The notes under the pieces were generated by a model. It ran no database searches. It was not told the origin of the DNA and saw nothing but the letters and a program-made list of their open reading frames with translations. From Anolis carolinensis (Eukaryota): 64,000 bases of DNA. How positions within the stretch are numbered: the first letter of the stretch is position 1; each line of letters begins with the position of its first letter. Positions 25,265 to 36,871 of this stretch are shown here, in pieces. The translations under genes were made by a program, and so were the position numbers. The stretch covers positions 17,596,703 through 17,660,702 of the forward strand of contig NW_026943819.1 of the NCBI RefSeq assembly GCF_035594765.1. Direction: 5' to 3'.

Positions 25265-25265
<1 letters not shown>
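21945..25265 (-). mobile_element. Dong/R4-clade non-LTR retrotransposon (RT plus restriction-like endonuclease) inserted in (TAA)n, with inverted 5' end
   Basis: ORFs 23846-24979, 23688-23906, 23510-23785 and 22034-23488 join through 3 frameshifts: [34 protein letters not shown] finger CRLC..H..C, PD..D..K RLE motif; (TTA)n on both flanks. Confidence 0.92.
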
Positions 25266-25318
<53 letters not shown>

Positions 25319-26347
25319 TTGCCCAGTCAGATTAATCAAGCACAACTTTTTTAAAACCTTTGATTATAGTTTTAAAACTTTCCTATTGGAAAAGTTTGAC
25401 CATTTTTGAGGTCTTCAAACTAGTCACAACACAAGTCTTACCACTTCATCACATAACGGAGTTCTACACTTAAAATCTGCTATTCCACTGGGTCCACTAC
25501 ATTCATTTTGGTTAAAGTGCAGTTTTTGAGTCGTTTAAACGTTGAGGGCAGCATTATTTTCCAACGCATCAGGAAGAGGGGAGGAAATGAGTTTTTCCCA
25601 AAACTCAGGATATTTTTCCCAATTTCGAATGAATTAGCACTCGTTGCTCTCAGGTTAGAATCACACAATTTGTGGGAGGAGAGATTGGGGGCGGAGTCAA
25701 AATAAACTTTTTTTGGGAAATTTCCTTTTGTTCCCCAAACAGGAAGGCTATCTATTGTAAGCCATCTCATAACGCTTCTATTTTGCAAAAAAATAAAATA
25801 GCCTTTTAGGGTATCTTTCCCTTTCCTTCCATGATGTTTCTGTGTCCTGTGTTGGGAGGGCCAGTGCTGCTGCGCTTCCAAATGGGATTCCCTTCCATCC
25901 CTTTTCTCTCTCTCGCCCTCTCTGCTGTTGGGAATTGTGGGAGTTGAAGTACTGAAAAGCACCGAGAGGGATGGTGGATGGAGCCAAATGTCTGCAGTGT
26001 GGAAACCTCTTCATTGAAATATACGCAAGACAACTGAGTGCACTAAACAGTGTGATTGTAAGGTAGGGAAAAACTCCTTTTTATTATGGAATGGAGTTAG
26101 ACAGAAGTCTCTTCTTCTGAACACTTCTGAACACTTCCCAGCGTAATCGGATGAAGTCCAGAAAACAGCATGAATGGCAAACATTCGTTTTTTATCTTCT
26201 TTAGGATCGGTTGATATCACCAATGGAGAAACTGCTTAGATGCATAGGCCAGACGAATGGACATGATGATCAGAGGTGTTGGATTTGTTACTCCTCTGCG
26301 CCTATAAGGTTAATGTCCATTTCTGAAAAATACGAAAAAGCTTTGTT

Positions 26348-26552
26348 TTATTTCTTACCAAATCTGCACATCTGGAGGCATTCTATCACCGAATGAAAGT
26401 TATTGTCATTGCCTCCACAACCGTTATAAATGAACAGTTGACGTGTCTTATTCTCAGCATCATAATAATAGCGAGGAAATATCCATTGCAAAATCCCTCT
26501 GAATTAGGGAGTGTACATAATTTTGGGAAAGATCCAGGGTGGGGGGGACATC
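26348..26552 (-). pseudogene. B-type Kunitz exon, frameshifted
   Basis: Acceptor at 26553-26554 and donor at 26358 give 194 nt (1 nt short of 195); T-run deletion after GFCNGY; Cys30 changed to Arg; AATAAA at 26080-26085. Confidence 0.75.
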
Positions 26553-27180
26553 CTAGAAGGGTGGAAGATGGGAAACACAACAACAAAAGCTAAGATATCA
26601 TTTATACACATTTCAATCTCATATCACAAGAGTTTATGTCATGGCAGAATAGTTTTTCATAGGATTTGGTTAGAGAATTAATTGAGGGGAGGGGATGTAT
26701 GTTTGGGAATTATGTGGGGTGAGGCATATCTGCTAACATTTCAGAGATGACAACCAACCATGTGTGACCAAGCAGCAATAGTGTGTGACCAAGATGGAAA
26801 AAGTTTTTAATGAAGAAGAGCTCACAAGCTAGGAGAGAAAGGGGAGAGTGTCCTCCATTGTAAAGGTATTCACTTGCGGGCAGCTTAGGGCACATTGGGG
26901 GTCTTAGGTGCAGTTGAATTTAAAAGGACTGATAGCAATCCTATTGGTTAATCCCAAAGATAATAGGCACATTTTAAATCTACTTGATCCAAAGTGAGCA
27001 ATATAATCAGGATTATAGGACTTTAGACCTTAGTGGTAGGTTATTTGCTTCTCCTGCCCCCCTAACCATTTACATTGAGCAGTTTTGCAATAACTCTTTC
27101 CAGAGTGGATTTACTTTTCAAGTGCTAGATTCTTCTCACTTCCTGTTGTCAACCTTGAGTAATTTGTAAGTTGTAACTTG

Positions 27181-27512
27181 GGGAGCCCCGGTGGCGAAGT
27201 GTGTTAAAGCACTGAGCTGCAGAACTTGCAGACCGAAAGGTTGCAGGTTCAAATCCCGGGAGCGGAGTGAGCACCCGCTGTTAGCTCCAGCTTCTGCCAA
27301 TCTAGCAGTTCGAAAACATGCCAATGTGAGTAGATCAATAGGGACCGCTCCGGTGGGAAGGTAAAGGCGCTCCATGCAGTCATGCCGGCCGCATGACCTT
27401 GGAGGTGTCTACAGACAACGCCGGCTCTTTGGCTTAGAAATGGAGATGAGCACCAACCCCCAGAGTCAGACGTGACTGGACTTAATGTCAGAGAAAAACC
27501 TTTACCTTTACC
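27181..27512 (+). mobile_element. Sauria SINE, full length
   Basis: tRNA-like head and (ACCTTT)n tail. Confidence 0.85.
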
Positions 27513-27677
27513 TAACTTGGGGACTGCCTTTACACATATTCAACCAAGGGCTGCTGTCACGTTACTGCTTTAGAAAGACAACCAATTTCACATCAACCCC
27601 AATGCACAAAAGGATGTGATGTACATTGATTACATTTCTGAGCTTCATAATACAAGGTTTCTAAACATCTCTGCTAC

Positions 27678-27731
<54 letters not shown>

Positions 27732-27868
27732 ATTATGACACAGCAAACAAGATAGATATACTGGATTTCGTATCACAAAATCACAAGTCGAACACTTCCC
27801 AAGTGTCTAGGACTGTGTGATGTATTTTCGGATGATGCGTGCAGATCCCAGTACGGTGGCCTTTTGCA

Positions 27869-27922
<54 letters not shown>

Positions 27923-28144
27923 TTGACACAAAGACATAGTATGACACAGCAAACGAGATATATATGCTGGATTTCGTATTACAAAATCACAAGTCGAACA
28001 CTTCTCTAGTGTTTAGGTCTGTGTGATGTATTTTCAAATGATGCATGCATAAACCAGTAAGGTGGCCTTTTGTTTTGGCACGGCACCAAGTGTGCCAATT
28101 ATCACTGGACCCACCTGTACTGGTTTATGCCAGAGTTGTTGTTG

Positions 28145-28190
<46 letters not shown>
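27678..28190 (-). repeat. (TTA)n microsatellites hosting short Dong/R4 3' tails
   Basis: Repeated GACACAGCAAACAAGATAG...GTGGCCTTTT segments matching 21960-22090. Confidence 0.75.
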
Positions 28191-28193
<3 letters not shown>

Positions 28194-28509
28194 AACAGTA
28201 TAAAACATCATTGAAAGCATGTAAAATCACAGCAGCCCCTGGTGACCTTAAAAACCTTCTTCTTTCAAAGCCTGTCTGAATAAAAAGGTGTTAACCTGCT
28301 GCCTGAAGGACAGCAGGGAGGGGGCCATTCTGGCTTCCCGGGGCAGGGAGTTCCAGAGTTGAGGGACAACCACCAAGAAGGCCCTCTCTCTTGAGCTTGA
28401 GATGGAGGTGGGACGAAGAAAAGGGTCTCTCCTGAAGATCTCAGAGCCCAGGCACGTTCATACAAGCAGATGCGGTCGGCCAAATAACCTGGACTTGAAC
28501 CATCTAGGG

Positions 28510-28639
28510 CAGGGGTCCCCAAACTAAGGCCCAGGGGCCGGATGCGACCCATCGAAGCCATTTATCCGGCCCCCAAGGCACAAGGGCATAAGGGGGTTGG
28601 GCTAAATGACCCAAGGGGTCTCTTCTTCTCTTACAATCC

Positions 28640-28688
<49 letters not shown>

Positions 28689-29389
28689 GGCTGGGTGGCC
28701 ATCTCTCAGGGGTGCTTTGCGTGTACAGAAGGGGGTTGGACTCAATGGCCCAAGGAGTCTCTTCCAACCCTCTTTATTATTATTATGACACAGCAAACAA
28801 GATAGATATGCTGGATTTCATATCACAAAATCACAAGTCGAACACTTCCCAAGTGTCTAGGACTGTGTGATGTATTTTCGGATGATGCGCGCAGATCCCA
28901 GCAGGGTGGCCTTTTGCAGCTGGCAGATCCTAATTTTGTCAATGTCTATTGTTTCCAAATGCCGGCTGAGATCTTTTGGCACGGCACCCAGTGTGCCCAT
29001 CACCACCGGGACCACCTGCACTGGTTTCTGCCAGAGTCTTTGAAGTTCAATCTTGAGGTCCTGATAGCGGCTGAGTTTTTCCTGTTGTTTTTTGTCAATG
29101 TGACTGTCACCTGAGATGGCAACATCAATGTTCCAAACCTTTTTCTTTTCCACAACTGTGATGTCTGGTGTGTTGTGTTCCAGAACTTTGTCAGTCTGGA
29201 TTCGGAAGTCCCATAGTATCTTTGTGTGCTCATTTTCCAATACTTTTGCAGGTTTGTTGTTATTATTATTATTATTATTATTAACATTGAGGCTGGGTGG
29301 CCATCTGTCAGGGGTGCTTTGCTTGTGCTTTTGGTGCACAGAGGCAGAAGGGGATTGGACTAAATGGCCCAAAGGGTCTCTTCCAACCC

Positions 29390-29440
<51 letters not shown>

Positions 29441-29580
29441 ATTGAGGCTGGGTGGCCATCTGTCAGGAGTGCTTTACTTGTGCTTTTGGTGCAGAGGCAG
29501 AAGGGGGTTGGACTAAATGACGCAAAGGGTCTCTTCCAACACTCTTTTTATTATTATTGCTGTTGTTATTATTATTATTA

Positions 29581-29625
<45 letters not shown>

Positions 29626-29710
29626 GCTCAGTGGCCAACTATAGTCCGGCCCTCCAACGGTGCAAAGAATCGTGAACTGGCCCCCTGTTTAAAAAGTTTG
29701 GGAACCCCTG
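28510..29710. mobile_element. Composite hAT MITE containing a Dong/R4 3' fragment (28785-29256) and (TTA)n
   Basis: CAGGGGT(C/T)CCCAAACT termini; RLE-domain ORF 28857-29372. Confidence 0.7.
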
Positions 29711-30137
29711 CTGTAAAGCTACATAGCTAGCAACCTTATCTGATAGGCCAGCCAAAGCATCCCACTTCACCTGGCTTCTTGCAAGAAAAAAGCCAGCAGC
29801 GAGATGGATCTGTCACCCTGTGCTCGGCTCCCTCTCACAATGCTTTTCCCACCACATGAGGAAAGCGTTGCCCTCAAAGGGAAACTTTCTGTGTTGGGGT
29901 GAAAGTGTTTGGCGATGCTTTCATCCTGGTTGGAGGCACGGCCGACAGCAGATGTCACACAATGTGGTGTGATGTCCGGTGTCAGCCTCCATCCCGCAGA
30001 ATGGATGAAAGCGTCCTGGGATGCTGATCTCACCCCTGTCTGATTTTTAAGTATGTGTAATAGTATGCAATATAGGCCATGATGGAGACCTTTAGACATT
30101 AAAAACAAAACCTGTGGATGATTTATTTTTACCTTAC

Positions 30138-32190
30138 CTACACACTTTGAAAAGCATTCATCCTGTGTTAAAAAGTTATTTGCATTTCCACCGCAGCCAC
30201 CGTAATGGAAAATCTCACATTGCCCAGTTTCGATGTTAAAGTAAAAACGACGCAAGGATCTTCTACAACGTCCAGTTTCCCTTGGAAGGCTGCATATGGT
30301 CTCCTCTAGAAAGGAGAGAATGGAAAGCAAGAATTTGTACAAATTCAACTGTAGATCACAGCACTATAAAACTGCAGCCCAGGAGAAGCGGGAAGGGGAA
30401 GAAATATGGCAGCAACTTCAAGTCTAAATAATAATTTATTTCCATATAAATTTCAATTCACTCCTAACAACAGCCTTCTTTGAAGACTGAAAGATTATGG
30501 GATACCCTAATGGGACCAGAACTCATTTGCTATTGAGACTGCCAGGGAATGCCAAGTGCAGCAGCCTATACAGTAGATTCTCACTTATCCAACATAAACG
30601 GGCTAGCAGAACGTTGGATAAGTGAATATGTTGGATAATAAGGAGGGATTAAGGAAAAGCCTATTAAACATCAAATTAGGTTATAATTTTACAAATTAAG
30701 CACCAAGAAATCATGTTATACAACAAGTTTGACAGAAAAAGTAGTTCAATACGCAGTAATGCTATGTAGTAATTACTGTGTTTACCAATTTAGCACCAAA
30801 ATATCACGATGTATTGAAAACACCGACTACAAAAATGCGTTGGATAATCCAGAACATTGGATAAGCGAGTGTTGGATAAGTGAGACTCTACTGTATTCAG
30901 GAGGAAGATGATGCCAAACTCCCTCCGAGTACTTCTTGCCACAGAAAATCCTATGAAATTCATAGGCTTGGTATACATTGGAAGGTAAATAGAAGGAATA
31001 TACATTTTAATATTATGTTATGACTTCATAGAATCATAGAATAGTAGAGTTGGAAGAGACCTCATGGGCCATCCAGTCCAACCCCCTGCTAAGAAGCAGG
31101 AAATCGCACTCAAAGCACCCCTGACAGATGGCCATCCAGCCTCTGCTTAAAAGCTTCCAAAAAAGGAGCCTCCACCACAGTCTGGGGGAGAGAGTTCCAC
31201 TGTCAAACAGCCCTCACAGTGAGGAAGTTCTTCCTGATGTTCAGGTGGAATCTCCTTTCCTGTAGTTTGAAGCCATTGTTCCGTGTCCTAGTCTGCAGGG
31301 CAGCAGAAAACAAGCTTGCTCCCTCCTCCCTATGACTTCCCTTCACGTATTTGTACATGGCTATCATGTCTCCTCTCAGCCTTCTCTTCTGCAGGCTAAA
31401 CATGCCCAGCTCTTTAAGCCGCTCCTCATAGGGCTTGTTCTCCAGACCCTTAATCATTTTAGTTGCCCTCCTCTGGACGCTTTCCAGCTTGTCAACATCT
31501 CCCTTCAACTGTGGTGCCCAGAATTGGACACAGTATTCCAGGTGTGGTCTGACCAAGGCAGAATAGAGGGGGAGCATGACTTCCCTGGATCTAGATGCTA
31601 TTCCCCTATTTATGCAGGGCATAATCCCGTTGGCTTTTTTAGCTGCCGCATCACATTGTTGGCTCATGTTTAACTTGTTGTCCACGAGGACTCCAAGGTC
31701 TTTTTCGCACACACTGCTGTCAAGCCAGGCGTCCCCCATTCTGTATCTTTGATTTCCATTTTTTCTGCCGAAGTGAAGTATCTTGCATTTCTCCGTTGAC
31801 TTCAGTCAAGGGGTGTACCGCAGTGTACAATTAATGCAGTTTGACACTAATGAAACTGCCATGGCTCAAGGTGATGGAATTTGGAGAGTTTTAGATTGAC
31901 AAGGTCTCACCAAACTACAAATCCCAGGACTTCTTAGTACTGAGCCATGATAGTCAAAGTGGTGTCTTGCTGAATGAAAACTGTTTTTGCCATCAACCAA
32001 GCACAATATTCAGTATTCCCCTTTCTGTTCCATTCTCACTTATTTTGCAAGGGGAGGGGGGCGCACAAATGGCAAACAAGCATTCAAACTTAGCAAAGAT
32101 GGTGCTCTTACCTTCATCATAGGCATCCAGTGGTCCAAACAAGGAGACCAGAAGAAGGAGGACGAGGAGGAGAATATGATTATACATCAT
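30138..32190 (-). CDS. Kunitz gene C2. Signal exon 32190-32112, Kunitz exon 30305-30138; next acceptor is the frameshifted B exon at 26552
   Basis: [26 protein letters not shown]; 168-nt exon [40 protein letters not shown] with canonical AG/GTAAGG. Confidence 0.8.
30571..30893. mobile_element. Tc1/mariner (Tigger-like) MITE; further copies at 37222-37544, 42787-43115, 44589-44911, 56505-56827, 58091-58398
   Basis: TIR CAGTAGAGTCTCACTTATCCAAC, TA TSD, empty sites in paralogous introns. Confidence 0.85.
31027..31796 (-). mobile_element. CR1 LINE, 5'-truncated
   Basis: ORF 31203-31739 ([20 protein letters not shown]), CATAGAAT tail, TSD TGACTTCA, empty site at about 47240. Confidence 0.92.
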
Positions 32191-32565
32191 TTTGATGTGA
32201 ATGCCCGATGTTGAATAAAGCTACTTTTTAAAGGCTTCCATAGGGAAATGTAGGTAGAACAATTAGTCAACAGATAAGAACATTGTGGAGTTGGTCTGCT
32301 TACTTCAGAGTAACTCCCTGTTCTGCAATAAGTACTATTCCGTTCCACTGGGGCTGAATTGGAGCCATAAAGCCAATGAGCATCATCTGGACCCGGCCAG
32401 GAAGAGATTGATCCCTATGATACGGCATTGATACAAGCATTATATTTTGTCATGCATATAGGCGTAATCAGGCCTGTAGCTGGGAGGGAGTTGGTGGTTC
32501 AAACCACCCACAAAATTTTTCAGATTAAAATCCTTGGTTTACTCATGAATTTTAACTGGTTAAAC

Positions 32566-33468
32566 CAGGGGTCCCCAAACTAAGGCCCGTGGGCTGGATG
32601 CGGCCCTCCCAGGTCATTTACCTGGCCCTTGTCCTAAACTTCAGACTTAGGTTTGACCTAAGTCTACCTGGTCTTTGGAGGTATCTTTGCTTACTTATGG
32701 CCTTATGAGATCGTCTAGATGGGCTTTGAAGGTCTCTTTGCTTAGCTACGGCCTTACGAGACCATCTAGATGGCTTTTGGAGCTCACCTTCCTTACCTAT
32801 GGTCCTATGTGACCATCTAGATGTCTAGGGCCTTTGAGGGTCCCTTTCCTTACCTATGGTTTAATGAAATTGTCTAGATGGCCTTTGGGGGCCCCTTTCC
32901 TTACCCATGGTCTTATGAAACCATCTAGATGGCCTTTGAGGGTCCCTCTCATCTATGGTCCTATGGGACCATCTAGATGGCCTTTGATGGTCCCTTTCCT
33001 TACCTATGGTCTTATGAAACCATCTTGATGGTCTTTGAGGGTACCTTTCCTTATCTAAGGTCCTATGAGACAATTTAGATGGTCTTTGAGGGTCCCTTTC
33101 CTTATCTATGGTCTTCTAATGGCCTTATGAGATCATTTAGATGGCCTTTGAGGGTACCTTTCCTTACCTATGGTCTTATGAAACCATCTAGATGGTCTTT
33201 GGAGGTCTCTTTGCTTACCTCTGGTCTTATGAGATCGTCTAGATCAGGGGTCCCCAAATTAAGGCCCATGGGCCAGATGTGGCCCTCCAAGGTCATTGAC
33301 CTGGCCCTGTCCTAAACTTTAGACTTAGGGTTGACCTAAGTCTGAAATGACTTGGAAGGCACGCAACAACAACAATCCTAATTTGGGACTATTACATCAT
33401 AGTCCGACCCCCCAACAGTCTGAGGGACTGTGAATCGGCCCTCCGCTTAAAAAGTTCGAGGACCCCTG
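32566..33468. mobile_element. hAT element carrying an internal minisatellite
   Basis: TIRs, TSD GGTTAAAC, empty site at about 56338. Confidence 0.8.
32665..33243. repeat. Minisatellite, unit about 45 nt, about 12 copies
   Basis: Repeated TCTAGATGGCCTTTGAGGGTCCCTTTCCTTACCTATGGTCTTATG-like units. Confidence 0.8.
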
Positions 33469-34139
33469 GGTTAAACAAATCCCCATGCTAAGTCTACGAG
33501 AAGCTAAAATGAAGAGTCCCTCCAGATCTGCAAGCATAATCTCAAGCAAAAATTGACAAATTATTCACACTGTCATTACCTACCTTTCCACCAATTTACA
33601 TTGAAATAGCAACAATGGCAGCAATAGCCGATATACTGGAAGCAACAAATTTGGCCCACCTGCAACTGGCAGGCAAAGCCTAAGGCACAGGGGGAAATTT
33701 GAAAGTGTTCACGAAAGAGACCAGACTCGGTGGGGGCAGTTGACAGGGGCAGAGCTGCAGGATATTTAAGGTTGATCCACTTCCCTGCTATGCTCTTTGC
33801 TTCAGTCTGATGTAAGAGGCAGGTTCCTAGTGGGGAATGGGAACTTTTCCTCCTTGCTCCCTCCCCACTCCTTTTCCAGAGGATAATCAGGTTCCCTTTG
33901 CGATACCTTTGCCCCAGGGATTCACACTGCAATTTGTGCAGTTTCTGACCATGGCATTTATTGGTAGGGATTTCCCGGTACTCACAAAGGTTGGAGGTTT
34001 GGGTGGTTCCACTACAATGATTTCTCTTCTCTTCTCTTTCTCTCTAGCTACGGTCAAGTAGCAGTTTGAATATGCTATGCTGTAAATAGAATGCTGATGT
34101 TATTGATCTTATGCAACTAAATGGACATTGTACGATTGC

Positions 34140-34536
34140 AGACCTGTTTTATATTTCAACTCAACAAGCAAGAGTAAAGTTCTTTTGTTCTTTCAATTCC
34201 TCTGCCTGGTGTGAGTCTTTTGCACATGGTGTTAACTGGACACTGCTGGATTCCGCTATTCTTGCTAACATTTCCTGCCTGGGGGGCATCCTTTGTTCAG
34301 AGTCATTAGCTGTCCCTGGAGCTCCTCTGCCCTCAGAGTGTTGCTTCCCATCTACTGTTCTGATTTTTGAGGGTTTTTTTTATATTGGTAGCCAGATTTT
34401 GTTCATTTTCATGGTTTCCTCCTTTCTGTTGAAGTTGTCCACATGCTTGTGGATTTCTATGGCTTTTCTGTGTAGTCTGACATGATAGTTGTTGGAGTGG
34501 TCAAGCATTTCTGCGTTCTCACTTGACCACTCCAAC
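34140..34536 (-). mobile_element. Penelope-like fragment (GIY-YIG C-terminus)
   Basis: Reverse-complement similarity to 48010-48240. Confidence 0.7.
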
Positions 34537-35864
34537 CCTGCTCTTCATGTTGTGCTGCTCAGTACAGCAGGAATCCATCTGTCAGATGCCCAGTAGTTCC
34601 TTTCAGGGCTCTCGGCTATCTGTGAGACAAAGGTCCCGGATGAAACTGAGATTATAATCCCATCAACAAATATACATCTTTGGGACTCTTCCTTTGTCTC
34701 GTGTCATGGGGAGATGTCTGGGACAACTCCCATTGTGTTCTTCGGATGGGCCCCGGTATCTGCATAATCCTGTCATATCAGCTTTTGGACTTCTCTTTGT
34801 TTTCCACATTTTAGTGCTACTCACCCAGGGGCTGGCACAGCCTCTGGAGTCTCTACCTTTGCTTGACCACCTTTGCCAGTCCATTGGAAGCCCCGGGGCC
34901 TCTCTGCCCACTGCCTTCTCCAATCAGGGCACGCAACACCTTGGACCCACCTCCCGACCAATCAGAGGTTTGAAGGATGCCGGCACGCATCTTGATGCTG
35001 GCCAATCAGAGGAAATAGAGGGAGTTTTCAAACTGAACAATGGTGGTGAATGGAAACCTATGTGTATAAAAATGTCTGCTTATGATCATGCTTTCACACG
35101 TGTACTCTTCAAGCATCCATGCTGCAGAGGTGTCTCTTTTGCACAAATTGAAGAAAGTCTCTGTCATTTGCCTTCAACCTGGTGAGATACTCTGTTCTTG
35201 ATTCCTGATTTGTTATCCTTGGTTAGCGAAATTTGCCAGACGTCACTCGGCATACACGGGTCTTAGAAAAACTCTACATTTTGGGCATCTATGTGTACAA
35301 ACTAAATATGTGTTTATCAGTGGATGTTGTGTAACTATATATTTGACTGTGTGTGTGTTTAGACATGTGTGTGTCCAAGATGGCTAGTGATCTGACTATG
35401 AATAAAAAATGGCTGATTATATGGAAACAGTGAGATTAAGCTCATTCATAATTAAGCTCTTGATGTCAGTCCTTGGAAGGTGTAGGACACAACAACAACA
35501 ATTCTTTATTGATTAGTCACTTTTGACCATATCAAAACATGTAAAACATACAATACGTACACACTTACGCATACATACAATAAAACCATGTAAAGATACA
35601 AAACATCCCGACCTGCGGCCTAATAACCTGCTCCTAGACAAATACAGAGTAAAAAGGTTAAAATTAGTAATTTCCTAAGGAGAGGTTTGAACAAGGACAG
35701 GGGTAAGTAAAACAAGTGTCTTGTCCGTAGAAAATTTTAAGTTTGGATTTTGTTAGTGGCAATAATGTATCAGCTCTCAGCTTCCATCTTCTCACGAATG
35801 GCCAGCGCTTTTTGTGTAAAAAGGGCCAGTTTTAAAATAGAGTTTTTATCTGAACCCTGTAGAA

Positions 35865-36572
35865 CAGGGGTCCCCAAACTAAGGCCCGAGGGCCGGATGC
35901 GGCCCTCCAAGGTCATTTACCTAGCCCCCACCCTCATTTATAATATAATATTTTATATCAGTTTTAATAATATAATATATTGTATATACATATGATATTG
36001 ATAATATTATCATTTTATACAATATAATATTAATAATAATACCATATAATAATATTAATGTTATATATTACATATCATATTACAGTACAGTGGTATAGTT
36101 CAATATAGTAATATATAATGCTAATATTGTGCTATTCTAATAATATAATATATTGTATGTATGTATAGCTGCTCTGAGTTCACTTCAGGGTGAGAAGGGT
36201 GGGATATAAATGTAGTAAATAAATGTAGTAAATGAATAAATAAATAATTTTGGACTTAGGCTTGCCCAAAGTCTGAAATGACTTGAAGACACACAACAAC
36301 AACAATCCTAATTAACCTGACTATCTCATTGGTCAGAAGCAGGCCCACACTTCCTATTGAAATCCTGATAGGTTTATGTTGGTTAAAATTATTTTCATTT
36401 TTAAATATTGTATTGGTCTTTCATTGTTATTGTTGTTGTTTTGCACTACAAATAGGATATGTGCAGTGTGCATAGGAATTTTTTGGGTTTTTTTTTCAAA
36501 TGATAATTTGGCCCCTCAACAGTCTGAAGGATTGTGGACCGGCCTTCTGCTTTAAAGGTTTGAGGACCCCTG
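35865..36572. mobile_element. hAT non-autonomous element
   Basis: TIR CAGGGGTCC, 8-bp TSD CTGTAGAA. Confidence 0.8.
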
Positions 36573-36871
36573 CTGTAGAAGGATTGTAGGACACAAAGGT
36601 AGGCTCACACAGCTTGGAGCTATGGAAAACTTTATTGAATCCGCCTTGCCAAGATGATCACATAGCTTATACTGCCCCTCTTCCGCTCGTCCCCCAGTAT
36701 ATCAAGTTGCTTCTTCCCTCCCCCTCTCACGTTTCTCCTTCCCCATTCACACCTCCCCGCCAACTGTCCTCTCCCACGTTTGAAAACCAGAGCAGGTCAT
36801 AAATCAGTCTTCCCAAATGGTCTTCCTCATCCGTTTCTTTGCCCCCCTTTGCTCTGGTCGGATGTGAAATG

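Noticed and set aside
26302-26358. Tiny intron after the B exons leading to GAEE*
   Set aside because: Only 36-57 nt with a poor pyrimidine tract, below usual vertebrate intron size; read-through to FGKK* is simpler
26710-26950. [13 protein letters not shown].. duplicated at 52624-52809, as a possible first exon for the B exons
   Set aside because: No signal peptide or convincing splice pair; similarity is explained by the segmental duplication
27181-27260. tRNA-like A and B boxes
   Set aside because: These are SINE heads, not tRNA genes
32665-33243. Regular repeat array superficially like CRISPR
   Set aside because: Eukaryotic context with no unique spacers; it is a degenerate tandem minisatellite
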